A DNA stretch of 60,758 bases from Pirellula staleyi DSM 6068 (GCA_945870455.1 CAMBSL010000001.1:1-60758); one strand, 5' to 3'; numbered from the stretch's first letter, positions 1 through 9,282 are shown. Translations and numbers: made by a program. Notes: generated from the sequence alone by a model not told the origin.

Positions 1-1260
1 CCGCCCGACGACGCAACTCCCGAAGTGGTGGGGGAGCATTTGAATCGCTTGGCCCAGCGCGCTTGGCGACGGCCTGTGGAGAAGGATGAGTTGGAGGACT
101 ATCTGCAATCCTACCGAGACGAACGCGAGGCGGGCGAAACGATGGCCGATGCTTATCGGATCGCGATGCAGGGTGTGCTGACGTCCAGAAACTTCATCTA
201 TCTCGTCGAGGGTGATCCAGCGGCTCGCGAACGACTCACGGACTGGGAGCTCGGCTCGCGGCTCTCGTACTTCCTATGGAGTTCGATGCCCGACGACGAT
301 CTCTTTACCGCTGCCCAAAATGAAAAGCTCAATGGCGAGGGCCTTGAGAATGAAGTAGATCGAATGTTGAAAGACAGCCGAACCAATCGCTTCATCTATG
401 ACTTTACGCGGCAGTGGCTGCAACTGCACCGCGTGGGCATGTTCCCGCCAGATAAGAAGCTGTACCCTGGCTACGACGACTGGCTTGAGACGAGTATGCG
501 GGCCGAGCCGGTCGAGTATTTCCGCGAGATGTTCGCGAGGAATTTGCCCATCAACGGCTTCCTCGATTCCGAATGGACCATGGCCAACGCTCGGCTCTGT
601 GATTTCTATGGACTGCCGGAGCTGAAGACCGACGGCTTCCAGCGAGTCTCGCTCAAGCCGGAGGACCATCGCGGCGGTCTGCTCACGATGGGCGCGGTGC
701 TCGGGTTGACCTCGGACGGAACGCGCCACCGCCCGGTGCATCGTGGCGTCTGGCTCAGCGAAGCGATCTTCAATAAGACTCCGCCTTCGCCACCGGCCAA
801 TGTGGATCCGATTGAGCCCATTCCGCCTACAGGAACCAAGGTCACGATCCGCAAAAGAATGGAAGCGCACGCCAAGAACGCGAGTTGTGCCGCTTGCCAT
901 CGCAACATCGATCCGCTGGGACTGGCATTTGACCAGTACGATGCCATCGGCCAGTGGCGCACTCGCGAGCAGGTTCAAACGGGTGTCGGTGAGGATCCAT
1001 TGGTGGACGCTTCCGGCGTGATGCCCGACGGCCGTCCGTTCACCCATTCCGTCCAATTCAAACAACTCCTGCTTGAGGACCGCGACAAGATCGCGAGAGC
1101 TTTCATCGAACAACTCTGCACCTACTCCCTCCGCCGCGTGCTGACCGTGGATGACTCGGATAACATCAAGTTGATTGAAGAAGTCGCGAAGAAGAACGAT
1201 TATCGAGTCAAGGACATCGTGCGTGCGGTGGCCTTGTCGGAGCTGATGAGGAAACGCTAG
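1..1260 (+). CDS. DUF1592/DUF1588/DUF1585 planctomycete cytochrome c domain protein, 5'-partial
   Basis: Frame is open from base 1. Motifs [16 protein letters not shown] (DUF1592), RGGLLT..PVHRGVW and CAACH heme motif (DUF1588), C-terminal DUF1585-like helices. Confidence 0.9.
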   Translation, partial: PPDDATPEVVGEHLNRLAQRAWRRPVEKDELEDYLQSYRDEREAGETMADAYRIAMQGVLTSRNFIYLVEGDPAARERLTDWELGSRLSYFLWSSMPDDDLFTAAQNEKLNGEGLENEVDRMLKDSRTNRFIYDFTRQWLQLHRVGMFPPDKKLYPGYDDWLETSMRAEPVEYFREMFARNLPINGFLDSEWTMANARLCDFYGLPELKTDGFQRVSLKPEDHRGGLLTMGAVLGLTSDGTRHRPVHRGVWLSEAIFNKTPPSPPANVDPIEPIPPTGTKVTIRKRMEAHAKNASCAACHRNIDPLGLAFDQYDAIGQWRTREQVQTGVGEDPLVDASGVMPDGRPFTHSVQFKQLLLEDRDKIARAFIEQLCTYSLRRVLTVDDSDNIKLIEEVAKKNDYRVKDIVRAVALSELMRKR

Positions 1261-1263
1261 CGC

Positions 1264-1417
1264 TAGTTAATGGTTCTTTGTTCCTAGTTCTTTGTTCACA
1301 GAACGACAGGTACCAGAGCACCAAGCACCAAGCACCAAGAACCAAGAACCAAGAACCAAGCACCAAGCACCAAGCACCAAGAACCAAGAACCAAGAACTA
1401 AAAACTAAAAACTAACA
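1264..1417. repeat. Inverted heptamer-repeat element: left arm (T[AGT]GTTC[TCA])n at 1264-1298, right arm ([AC]ACCAAG/AACTAAA)x14 at 1319-1416
   Basis: Read directly from sequence. The arms are reverse complements and the right arm ends 1 nt before ATG 1418. Confidence 0.95.
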
Positions 1418-1807
1418 ATGCCCATCCGACGCTTTGAAGACATAGAAGGCTGGCAGTTGGCGCGTGAGCTGACGAAGCGAGTCTATGCAGTGGCGATGCG
1501 CGGAGCGTTTGCGAAAGACTTCGGACTACGGGACCAGATTACCCGTGCGTCCGGCTCGACCATGCACAACATCGCGGAAGGATTCGACGGAGGGAGCAAT
1601 GCTGAGTTCGTCAAGTTTCTACGCTACTCGCAGCGTTCATGCTCTGAGATTCAAAGTCAACTCTACATCGCTTTAGATCAGGGCTACATCTCGCAGGATG
1701 AGTTCGACTCCATATACGAACAAGTGGCGAAGACACACGCCAAAGTAGGCGGCTTTATTCGCTACCTATTGAATACCCTCAACCAAGCACCAAGCACTAA
1801 GAACTAA
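1418..1807 (+). CDS. Four-helix-bundle protein (23S rRNA intervening-sequence protein / Avd-like family)
   Basis: Signature FEDIEGWQLAREL...DFGLRDQITRASGSTMHNIAEGF...EFVKFLRYSQRSCSEIQSQLYIALDQGYI. The stop codon lies inside the downstream heptamer array. Confidence 0.92.
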   Translation: MPIRRFEDIEGWQLARELTKRVYAVAMRGAFAKDFGLRDQITRASGSTMHNIAEGFDGGSNAEFVKFLRYSQRSCSEIQSQLYIALDQGYISQDEFDSIYEQVAKTHAKVGGFIRYLLNTLNQAPSTKN

Positions 1808-1847
1808 GAACTAAGAACTAAGAACAAGGAACAAGGAACAAGGAACC
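1781..1847. repeat. Heptamer tandem array (AACCAAG/CACCAAG/CACTAAG/AACTAAG/AACAAGG) x9
   Basis: Read directly. Runs from the 3' end of the four-helix-bundle gene to 4 nt before ATG 1848 and is complementary to the left arm at 1271-1297. Confidence 0.95.
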
Positions 1848-3203
1848 ATGAACTACCCCTCCCAATCCTGGTTGATCGACCGCCGACACGCGCTGCGCGC
1901 TTTGGGGACTTGCGTCTCGCTTCCCATGCTGGAATGCATGACCCCGCTCAGAGCGGCCGAGCAACAGTCCGCCGCGCCTCGGCGCAGCGCATTCATCTAC
2001 CTCGCAAACGGCGTCCATTCGCTGAACTATCAGATCACCAAGCCGGGTAAAGACTATGACTTTTCCCGATCACTCAAGCCTCTGGAAAAGCACCGCCGGG
2101 TCATCACGCCGATCAGCGGTCTGCATCATCCGGGAGCCATCAGCCATCATCACAACTGTATTTCGGTCTGGCTGACCGGTGGAAAACTTGGCCCTTCGGA
2201 TCGCAATACGATCTCCGTCGACCAGAAGATGGCACAAGTCACTGCGGAGCATACGCGATACCCCTCGATGGAGATCGCGCTTACGCAGGGCTCCCTCGCC
2301 TGGACTTCGGATGGGGTCCAACTTCCCGCGTTGCGTCGTTGCAGTGAAATCTTCGCGTCGCTGTTCGAGGAACCTATAGGGGGCATAGCATCCCAGCGGC
2401 GAGCGCTTCGCCGAAAAGCCAGCGTTCTCGATGACAACCTCGCGGAAGTGAGTCGGCTTGAGCAGAAGATGGGAGCTGCCGACAAAGGACGCCTTGACCA
2501 ATACCTCACTTCGGTCCGTGACGCGGAGATCCGTACGCGGCGGGCCGATGCCTGGCTCGACACGCCGCTGCCCGCCATCTCGGAAGCCGACCGCAAACGC
2601 ACCGGCCGCGACATTGCCGCCACGATGGCGGGCGACTATTTCCGGACCGTCTATGACCTCATGGTGCTAGCCTTCCAGACAGATGTGACGCGAGTGGCCA
2701 CGTTCAGTCTGGGAGGCGAGGGGGATGCCTTCGCCATTCCAGAGATCGGCATCACGGAGTCGCGGCATCAGCTCAGTCACCATGGCGGCGACGCCGGCTA
2801 CATCGAGAAGCTCACCAACTACGACACCTTCGCCATCGAACAGTTCAGCTACTTCCTCTCACGACTTGAGGAGACGAAGGACGTCAACGGCCAGCCGCTC
2901 TTGGGCTCCACGATGGCGCTCTTCGGCAGCGGCATGTCCTACGGCCACAGCCACGGTAACGCCAACCTCCCACTAGTGCTCGCTGGCGGTTCGGACCTCG
3001 GCCTCAAGCACGGCAGCCATCTCGACTTCAATCAGGGCCACTTCAACGGATACCAACTCGATAAGCCCGGTGAGCACTACGGGCTCTGCAGTCGCCCCGC
3101 AAACCCGGACGCCCACATGAGCAACTTGCTGCTCCTGATGGCCCAACGCATGGGTGTGGAGACCGACGCATTTGGCGACAGCAATAAGGTGATTGACCTA
3201 TGA
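1848..3203 (+). CDS. DUF1552 (HXXSHH) domain protein
   Basis: Tat-like [34 protein letters not shown]. Usual partner of DUF1592 genes. Confidence 0.92.
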   Translation: MNYPSQSWLIDRRHALRALGTCVSLPMLECMTPLRAAEQQSAAPRRSAFIYLANGVHSLNYQITKPGKDYDFSRSLKPLEKHRRVITPISGLHHPGAISHHHNCISVWLTGGKLGPSDRNTISVDQKMAQVTAEHTRYPSMEIALTQGSLAWTSDGVQLPALRRCSEIFASLFEEPIGGIASQRRALRRKASVLDDNLAEVSRLEQKMGAADKGRLDQYLTSVRDAEIRTRRADAWLDTPLPAISEADRKRTGRDIAATMAGDYFRTVYDLMVLAFQTDVTRVATFSLGGEGDAFAIPEIGITESRHQLSHHGGDAGYIEKLTNYDTFAIEQFSYFLSRLEETKDVNGQPLLGSTMALFGSGMSYGHSHGNANLPLVLAGGSDLGLKHGSHLDFNQGHFNGYQLDKPGEHYGLCSRPANPDAHMSNLLLLMAQRMGVETDAFGDSNKVIDL

Positions 3204-4495
3204 AGAAGTTATTTGTACTTGGTTCTTGGTTCTTGGTTTACTCGTTCCTTGTTCAAGCGACCGCCTTTAGCGAGGAACCAAGAACGAAGAACCAAGAACC
3301 AGGAATCGAAGTCTTCCGGCCCGAGGTGGGGAAATTTCCTCCGCTGGAAAAGTCGCTCTCTTATCGAGGCGAACTGGTGTTCGTGGATCATGCCAACCGC
3401 CGCGGCAGCGTCCGCGTGCAAGGAGCGGGGATGTTTTTTCGAAACGATCCCCATCCCTTCGCCATGTTGCCCTACGGCATCATCCGCTATCACGGCGCAC
3501 CAGCGGACCTGCGCGACATCCCGCTCGGCACCGTGATGCATGTCCGAGCCTTCCTCCCGCCGGACCCGAAGACATCCTCTGTGCCGGTATTGCCAATAGA
3601 CAGTAGGACGAAAGACGCGAACCACAACCGTGGACCGGGTATCTTCCCCGCCGAGAACCACGTCCTGCTCCTAGAAGACGAGCCCAGCCACTGCCTTCGC
3701 GAGGGAAAGGTCTGGAAGCTCAAAGAAGTGGACCTCAAAAATTTGCAGGGTACGATCGTCGCCAGCCTCGAACCAAAGCAAGCCGGAGACAGCAAGTCGA
3801 CCGAGGAAAAGATGACCTGTGATGCCGCCACCCGTATCTGGCGAGGTCGCGAAAGCCTCAGCATGGAGGAACTCGTCGCCGAAGGCGCGTGGCCTGCAGA
3901 AGGGAAAAAAACCCTCGGTGGCCAGGCCGTCTTGCTCGGCATCACCTGGAAACCCACACCGGATGGCGTGTTCACCCGGTTCCACATCTCGGACATCTGG
4001 CTGGACGACGACGCAATGCAACGCGCCGCCCGAAATCAAACCGCAGTGCACAAGGCCTTCATCCGTAGCCGTTGGATGCCCGCCTGGATCGACGCCGTCG
4101 AGTATGGCAAGTTCGGTCGCGCGACCGTGATCGCAACTTTGTTCGGTGGCATGGACGCAACGCTTTACGCCGATTTCAAAAAAGATGTCTCCGCCACGAT
4201 GAATGCATCCGAGAACACGTTGAAGCACCTGGGCGGGGATTATGGCCCCGCGCACATGGCATCCAAAGGCCCCATCGTCGAAGTTATCAAGTCGACTGGC
4301 GAAGTGCCTCTGGGAAGCAGTGGCATTCAAATCCGTTTTGAGACAGACCTCATCATCGAAGGCATCCGTCCGGGCAGAGTCGTCCGTGTCTGTCCCGCCA
4401 GTTGGCCCCAGGTCAACGTGCCTCGGGAGGAATTCCTGGGCGATGGTAGCCACGAAGACCGCTTCCCGACCCCGGCCATCTTCCCGAAATACTAA
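3200..4495 (+). CDS. Secreted hypothetical protein; signal peptide partly encoded by a heptamer-repeat element
   Basis: 431-aa ORF with ATGA overlap on the upstream stop. Coding-like composition. Confidence 0.8.
   Translation: MKKLFVLGSWFLVYSFLVQATAFSEEPRTKNQEPGIEVFRPEVGKFPPLEKSLSYRGELVFVDHANRRGSVRVQGAGMFFRNDPHPFAMLPYGIIRYHGAPADLRDIPLGTVMHVRAFLPPDPKTSSVPVLPIDSRTKDANHNRGPGIFPAENHVLLLEDEPSHCLREGKVWKLKEVDLKNLQGTIVASLEPKQAGDSKSTEEKMTCDAATRIWRGRESLSMEELVAEGAWPAEGKKTLGGQAVLLGITWKPTPDGVFTRFHISDIWLDDDAMQRAARNQTAVHKAFIRSRWMPAWIDAVEYGKFGRATVIATLFGGMDATLYADFKKDVSATMNASENTLKHLGGDYGPAHMASKGPIVEVIKSTGEVPLGSSGIQIRFETDLIIEGIRPGRVVRVCPASWPQVNVPREEFLGDGSHEDRFPTPAIFPKY
3212..3310. repeat. In-frame inverted heptamer-repeat element ((TTGGTTC)n ... 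(GAACCAA)n)
   Basis: Left arm about 3212-3255 and right arm about 3273-3310, translated as [14 protein letters not shown] and [11 protein letters not shown]. Confidence 0.9.
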
Positions 4496-4510
4496 TGTAT
4501 CTTCGTGTAT

Positions 4511-4628
4511 CTTCGTTCTTGGTTCCTCGTTCTGAGTTCTTCGTTGCCCAGCAAGACGACGAACATCCAAAATTGGAAACCAAGAACCAAGAACCAAGAA
4601 CTAAGAACTAAGAACTAAGAACTAAAAC
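4511..4628. repeat. Intergenic inverted heptamer-repeat element (same family as 1264-1847)
   Basis: Left arm 4511-4546. Right arm (AACCAAG)3(AACTAAG)3AACTAAA at 4578-4626, 2 nt before ATG 4629. Confidence 0.93.
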
Positions 4629-6335
4629 ATGAAACACATCATCGTACTCCTTGCCGCCCTGCTGTTCGCGCCGCTGGAGGCACACGCCGACGTTCGAGTC
4701 GAAACCGTGATGGTTTCGATGCGAGACGGCGTCAATCTGGCGACCGACATCTATCGTGACGACACGACGAACGTTGCTCCGGTCGTGTTAATGCGAACCC
4801 CTTACAACAAGGTTCTCGCCAAGGGAGCGGCGGAACGGTTCGCGGCCGCAGGTTATGTTGCCGTCGTCCAGGATTGCCGCGGCAAATTTGCGTCGGAAGG
4901 AGTGTTCAGTCCCTACAACAACGAAGGTCAGGATGGATTCGATGCGATTGAGTGGATCGGAAATCAACCATGGTGCAAAGGTCGTATCGGGATGTGGGGC
5001 AGTTCGTACGTCGGTGCGACGCAATGGCAGGCAGCCGTCGAGCATCCACCCAAGCTGATCACGATTGCGCCGTCTGCTACCTGGAGCAGCTTCTACCGCA
5101 ACCTGTATCTGGGCGGGGCCGTGCGGTTATCGTTGATTTCAAGCTGGCTGGCTGGCAACACTCCTAAACCAGAAGGTGTACAACCGTCGGATATGAATGA
5201 AGCGCTCTTGCGGCTACCGCTGAGCGATGTCGATGAGGCGATCGGCTGGACAATGCCATGGCTGGATGCGTACCTCACTCATCCTGAACCAAATGGATTT
5301 TGGAAGCGACTGGATCTGACAGACGAACTGCCCAACTTGAAGATGCCCGCATTGCATTTCGTGGGCTATTACGACTTCTTCTCGCGTGAGTCCGTGGGAA
5401 ATTTCATGATTATGCAGCAGGCTCGCGATCCGCAAACGCGCAAGCAACAACGACTGGTTCTCGGTCCGTGGGATCATGGCACCGTTGGCAAGGCGACAGT
5501 CGCCGAAGTTGATTTCGGTCCTGCTGCTGCAGTAGATACTTTCGCAATTCAAATGGACTGGTTCGATCGCCATCTCAAACAGGATCCCGCCGCGATCGCC
5601 AAGCCGTTTCCGCCCGTGCAATATTTCTCTATGGGGGACAACGTATGGCATGACGCGACGACGTGGCCGCCCGAAGGCTTCTCAGCGACATCGTTCTACC
5701 TTCACTCGGACAGCAAAGCGAACACTCGTAGCGGCGCCGGCAAGTTGAACCGCGAAAAACCTGCTGGCGAAGAACCTGCCGATAGGTTTCAAGCGGATCC
5801 GGCGAATCCTGTGCCAGCCTGCCCGGTCACGGACACGCGTCCGATGAAAGCTGCGGTATGGGGACCGGTTGATCAGAGTGCGCTCGAAGACCGAGACGAC
5901 GTGCTTGTCTATACAAGCGACGTGTTGACTGAGCCGCTCCGCTTTGCCGGCAATGTCGAAGCGAAGCTGTTTGTGAGCGCCGACACTCCGGATGCGGATT
6001 GGGCCGTCAAGCTGGTCGATGTACGACCGGACGGTTTTGCTCAAAATCTTGCCACCGGCATTCTTCGAGGCCGATATCGAGATTCGTTGCTTAAACCATC
6101 GCCTCTGCAACCCGGCAAAGTGTACGAGATCACGGTGGATCTCGGTCCTTGTGCCGCGACGATTGCGAAAGGACATCGACTTCGAGTCGACATTTGCGGT
6201 TCCTTGTTCCCGCTGTACGATCGAAATTCAAACACTGGCGAAGGCCCGTTCGGTGCCAGCACTTTGATCTCGACGGAATCGGTCTATCACTCGTCGTTAA
6301 AAGCGTCTCGGATTGTGCTGCCAGTAAAACAGTAA
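4629..6335 (+). CDS. CocE/NonD family serine hydrolase (peptidase S15-like), secreted
   Basis: MRDGVNLATDIY, RTPY, QDCRGKFASEG, nucleophile elbow GMWGSSYVG, GPWDH, C-terminal PepX_C-like domain, signal peptide. Confidence 0.93.
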   Translation: MKHIIVLLAALLFAPLEAHADVRVETVMVSMRDGVNLATDIYRDDTTNVAPVVLMRTPYNKVLAKGAAERFAAAGYVAVVQDCRGKFASEGVFSPYNNEGQDGFDAIEWIGNQPWCKGRIGMWGSSYVGATQWQAAVEHPPKLITIAPSATWSSFYRNLYLGGAVRLSLISSWLAGNTPKPEGVQPSDMNEALLRLPLSDVDEAIGWTMPWLDAYLTHPEPNGFWKRLDLTDELPNLKMPALHFVGYYDFFSRESVGNFMIMQQARDPQTRKQQRLVLGPWDHGTVGKATVAEVDFGPAAAVDTFAIQMDWFDRHLKQDPAAIAKPFPPVQYFSMGDNVWHDATTWPPEGFSATSFYLHSDSKANTRSGAGKLNREKPAGEEPADRFQADPANPVPACPVTDTRPMKAAVWGPVDQSALEDRDDVLVYTSDVLTEPLRFAGNVEAKLFVSADTPDADWAVKLVDVRPDGFAQNLATGILRGRYRDSLLKPSPLQPGKVYEITVDLGPCAATIAKGHRLRVDICGSLFPLYDRNSNTGEGPFGASTLISTESVYHSSLKASRIVLPVKQ

Positions 6336-6361
6336 ACCGGAGATTCCCAACTCCCATTACT

Positions 6362-6424
6362 TCATCAATCATCAATCATCAATCATCAATCATCAATCAT
6401 CAATCATCAATCATCAATCATCAA
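6362..6424. repeat. Perfect (TCATCAA)x9 tandem repeat
   Basis: Read directly. Same heptamer class as the right arm at 10673-10714. Confidence 0.97.
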
Positions 6425-6427
6425 ACC

Positions 6428-6516
6428 GTAGGATGGCCCTCCCGGGCCGTCGTTCCGTTCAACGACACCACACTTGCACTCCGTGCAATGCCGACGGCCC
6501 GGAAGGGCCGTGCTAC
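6428..6516. repeat. GTAG-class REP doublet (REPIN-like)
   Basis: GTAGGATGGCCCTCCCGGGCCGTC ... GACGGCCCGGAAGGGCCGTGCTAC inverted pair. Confidence 0.88.
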
Positions 6517-9237
6517 GGGGGGACTGTGGTCATTTCTTTGAGCTGTCTATGGCTGATGGCCGTGTGCGTACTATGCTCCGTTACTGCGCCGAGTGTAACT
6601 GCGTCAGACCTGCCTATGCCGATTCGCGAACTGATCCAGCGAACATGTTTCGACTGCCATGACGGCGCATCGGCAGAGGGTGGACTGGACCTCACGTCAC
6701 TGACCTTCGATCTGGCTGACAGACGACTGCGTGAGCGTTGGATTCTGATTCATGATCGTGTCAAGTCAGGTGAGATGCCGCCTGTTGGTTCGAGTCTCAC
6801 AGACGGTGAGCGAAAGTCACTGGTGAAGTCACTGCACGACTTCGTTGCAAAAGCAGACGGTGAGGATGTTGTGGCCAACGGTCGCGGGCCCTTGCGACGA
6901 CTCACACGAGATGAATACGAACAGAATCTGCGGGACGTACTCCAACTTCCACTGCTGGATATTCGCGACATGCTGCCGGAAGATCGTGAGGCCCATCGGT
7001 TCAACAAGACCGCATCCGCACTCGACATGTCACGCGTGCAGTTGGCTGCTTACCTCGATGCCGCCGACGCGGCGTTGCGACAGGCGATGGCTGGCGGACC
7101 GGAGCCGCCACCTGTCACCAGGTATCGCGCGGCAGGGACACAGCTATTTTCGGCCACCAACACTTTTGGTGAACGCGAAGCAATGTTCTTTGCGAAGGAC
7201 AATAAGGGTGTTGAAGCGAAGGAACTCGACAAACTGAAAGACGATCCGGCACTGGAACTCGCGCTGTTTCGGTCAGCTCATTGGCCCTATTTTGGATATC
7301 CTCGCGGCTTCGTTGTTGGCAAGAACGTAGAACGGCCTTTTCAGGCCGTCCTAGAACGTGCAGATAGGACGGCCTGGAAAGGCCGTCCTACGGAATACTT
7401 CGAGTACCGAGTCCGCTTTTCGGCCCGGGCCGTATTGCAGACCGAAGGGTATCAGCTAAAGCCGTCAACCGATCCGGTGCCGATGACGTTTCGCGCGCGA
7501 AAGCCGTCTGGCCCGGATGTCTCTGGCGATGTTCGGGCAACGGGTGGCATCATCGACATTCAGCCCGAGCCCAGAGTTTACGAGACCACCATTCGTTTGC
7601 TACCGACGGAGACATTTGAGTACAGCCTGTTAGGTCTGCCAGTCCCACTGGCTCGCAATGTCAACGGTGGCCCGCCGACATATCGTTATCCGCCGTTTCC
7701 CAATGATGGCCAACCGGGAGTTGCCTTTCAATGGCTGGAAGTTGAAGGACCGATCGGGGCGGAATCATGGCCGCCGCCGTCACACCGCGTTTTGTTTGAT
7801 GACAGTGGGATAGGCTTCCAGCCTGTCGATAATCCGAATAATCCTGACAGGCAGGATGCCTATCCCACGGAAGCCAAACGCCTGCTTCGGCGCTTCGTTG
7901 AGATCGCTGCTCGCGAACCAGTACCGGAAGACGCATTGCTGCGGTTCGAACAACTCATTCTCAAGCGACTCGAGCAGGGAAGCTCGTTCCCAGAGGCGAT
8001 GCTCGTCGGCTATAAGGCCTTCCTGAGCTCCAGCCACTTCCTCTATCTGCGTGAACCCGTAGGACGGCCTTTCCAGGCCGTCGAAAACAACGTGAGTGTA
8101 CGCGACGGCCAGGAATGGCCATCCTACGCCATCGCATCACGGCTATCGCACTTCCTGACGAATACCAGACCCGATGCAACGCTCATGGCACTTGCCGCGG
8201 CCGGAAAACTCCGCGACGCCAAGACGCTCCGCGGCGAAACCGAACGACTGATCGACAGCCCCGGCTTCGATCGCTTCGTTCAGAACTTCACCAACTACTG
8301 GCTCGACCTGCGAAACATCCGCCGCGACGAGCCCGACATTCGGCTGCACCCTGAATATCGCTTCGATGATTACTTGATCGAATCGATGCAGCGCGAGACC
8401 CAGACATTTTTTACTGCGATGATTCGAGACAACCTGCCGTCGAGTGTGTTGATCGATGCGGACTTTGTGTACGCAAATGATCGGCTCGCTCGGCACTACG
8501 GATTGGTACCGGTCATGGGGTCGGAGATGCAAAAGATTGTATTGCCCAATGACAGTCCCTACGGCGGTCTGTTGACGCAGGCGGCTATTCTCAAGGTGAC
8601 CGCCAACGGCACATCGACGTCGCCGGTCATCCGCGGCGCGTGGATCATGGAGCGTTTGATCGGCCAGCCACCCCCGCCTCCGCCAGCGAGCGTCCCTGCT
8701 GTCGAGCCGGACATTCGCGGCGCGAAGACCATACGCGAATTGCTGGCTCTTCATGCTAAATCGGAATCGTGTGCCGGTTGTCATGCAAGGTTTGATCCCG
8801 TTGGTCTGGCATTGGAAAACTTCGACATCCTCGGCGCCTGGCGAACACGCTATCGCGGACTCGAAGCGGGCGAACGCATTACCGGGATAGACCGTGCCGG
8901 CCACGATTTCGCCTATGCACTTGCTGAACCAGTGAACGCCAGCGGTCAACTGCTGGACGGTCGACGCTTTCAAGACATCCACGAACTGAAGGCCATTCTT
9001 GCAGGCAATCCTCGACAATTGGCTCGCAGTCTTCTGCATCAATTCACGCTGTATGCGACCGGAACTCCGGTGCGATTTGCGGATCGTGCCGAAATCGAAT
9101 CGATCCTCGATGGCTGCGAAGCAGATAGCTACCGTGTCCGTGATCTTGTGCATGCATTGGTGCAGGGCAGTATCTTTGTAGGACGGCCTTTCCAGGCAGT
9201 CGAGAATAACACAAGAATTCAAGAATTACACGAATGA
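6433..9237 (+). CDS. PSCyt1/DUF1587/1595/1592/1588/1585 cytochrome c domain protein carrying three in-frame REP doublets; true start probably downstream (about 6526-6557)
   Basis: CFDCH, LRRLTRDEYEQNLRD, AIASRLSHFL, GGLLTQAAILKVTANG..SPVIRGAW, CAGCH. The annotated ATG lies inside a REP. Confidence 0.88.
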   Translation: MALPGRRSVQRHHTCTPCNADGPEGPCYGGTVVISLSCLWLMAVCVLCSVTAPSVTASDLPMPIRELIQRTCFDCHDGASAEGGLDLTSLTFDLADRRLRERWILIHDRVKSGEMPPVGSSLTDGERKSLVKSLHDFVAKADGEDVVANGRGPLRRLTRDEYEQNLRDVLQLPLLDIRDMLPEDREAHRFNKTASALDMSRVQLAAYLDAADAALRQAMAGGPEPPPVTRYRAAGTQLFSATNTFGEREAMFFAKDNKGVEAKELDKLKDDPALELALFRSAHWPYFGYPRGFVVGKNVERPFQAVLERADRTAWKGRPTEYFEYRVRFSARAVLQTEGYQLKPSTDPVPMTFRARKPSGPDVSGDVRATGGIIDIQPEPRVYETTIRLLPTETFEYSLLGLPVPLARNVNGGPPTYRYPPFPNDGQPGVAFQWLEVEGPIGAESWPPPSHRVLFDDSGIGFQPVDNPNNPDRQDAYPTEAKRLLRRFVEIAAREPVPEDALLRFEQLILKRLEQGSSFPEAMLVGYKAFLSSSHFLYLREPVGRPFQAVENNVSVRDGQEWPSYAIASRLSHFLTNTRPDATLMALAAAGKLRDAKTLRGETERLIDSPGFDRFVQNFTNYWLDLRNIRRDEPDIRLHPEYRFDDYLIESMQRETQTFFTAMIRDNLPSSVLIDADFVYANDRLARHYGLVPVMGSEMQKIVLPNDSPYGGLLTQAAILKVTANGTSTSPVIRGAWIMERLIGQPPPPPPASVPAVEPDIRGAKTIRELLALHAKSESCAGCHARFDPVGLALENFDILGAWRTRYRGLEAGERITGIDRAGHDFAYALAEPVNASGQLLDGRRFQDIHELKAILAGNPRQLARSLLHQFTLYATGTPVRFADRAEIESILDGCEADSYRVRDLVHALVQGSIFVGRPFQAVENNTRIQELHE
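7327..7391. repeat. In-frame GTAG REP doublet
   Basis: GTAGAACGGCCTTTTCAGGCCGTC ... GACGGCCTGGAAAGGCCGTCCTAC, translated VERPFQAV...TAWKGRPT. Confidence 0.93.
7805..7868. repeat. In-frame GTGG REP doublet (second family)
   Basis: GTGGGATAGGCTTCCAGCCTGTC ... GACAGGCAGGATGCCTATCCCAC, translated GIGFQPV...DRQDAYPT. Confidence 0.92.
8059..8127. repeat. In-frame GTAG REP doublet
   Basis: GTAGGACGGCCTTTCCAGGCCGTC ... GACGGCCAGGAATGGCCATCCTAC, translated VGRPFQAV...DGQEWPSY. Confidence 0.93.
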
Positions 9238-9282
9238 TGTTAGTTCGCAATGAAGAGCGACGGCCTAGAAAGGCCGTCCTAC
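9178..9282. repeat. GTAG REP doublet spanning the DUF1592/DUF1552 gene junction
   Basis: GTAGGACGGCCTTTCCAGGCAGTC ... GACGGCCTAGAAAGGCCGTCCTAC. The ATGA stop/start overlap lies in the spacer. Confidence 0.92.

Noticed and set aside
1311-1417. Heptamer arrays as a CRISPR array
   Set aside because: Units are 7 bp and contiguous with no spacers, and there are no cas genes in the window.
1418-1807. Diversity-generating retroelement (Avd-like gene) or rRNA intervening sequence
   Set aside because: I saw no reverse transcriptase, TR/VR pair or rRNA sequence in the window.
6149-6541. 130-aa ORF with SSIINHQ repeats
   Set aside because: It is an artefact of translating (TCATCAA)9 and a REP, and it overlaps the CocE gene out of frame.
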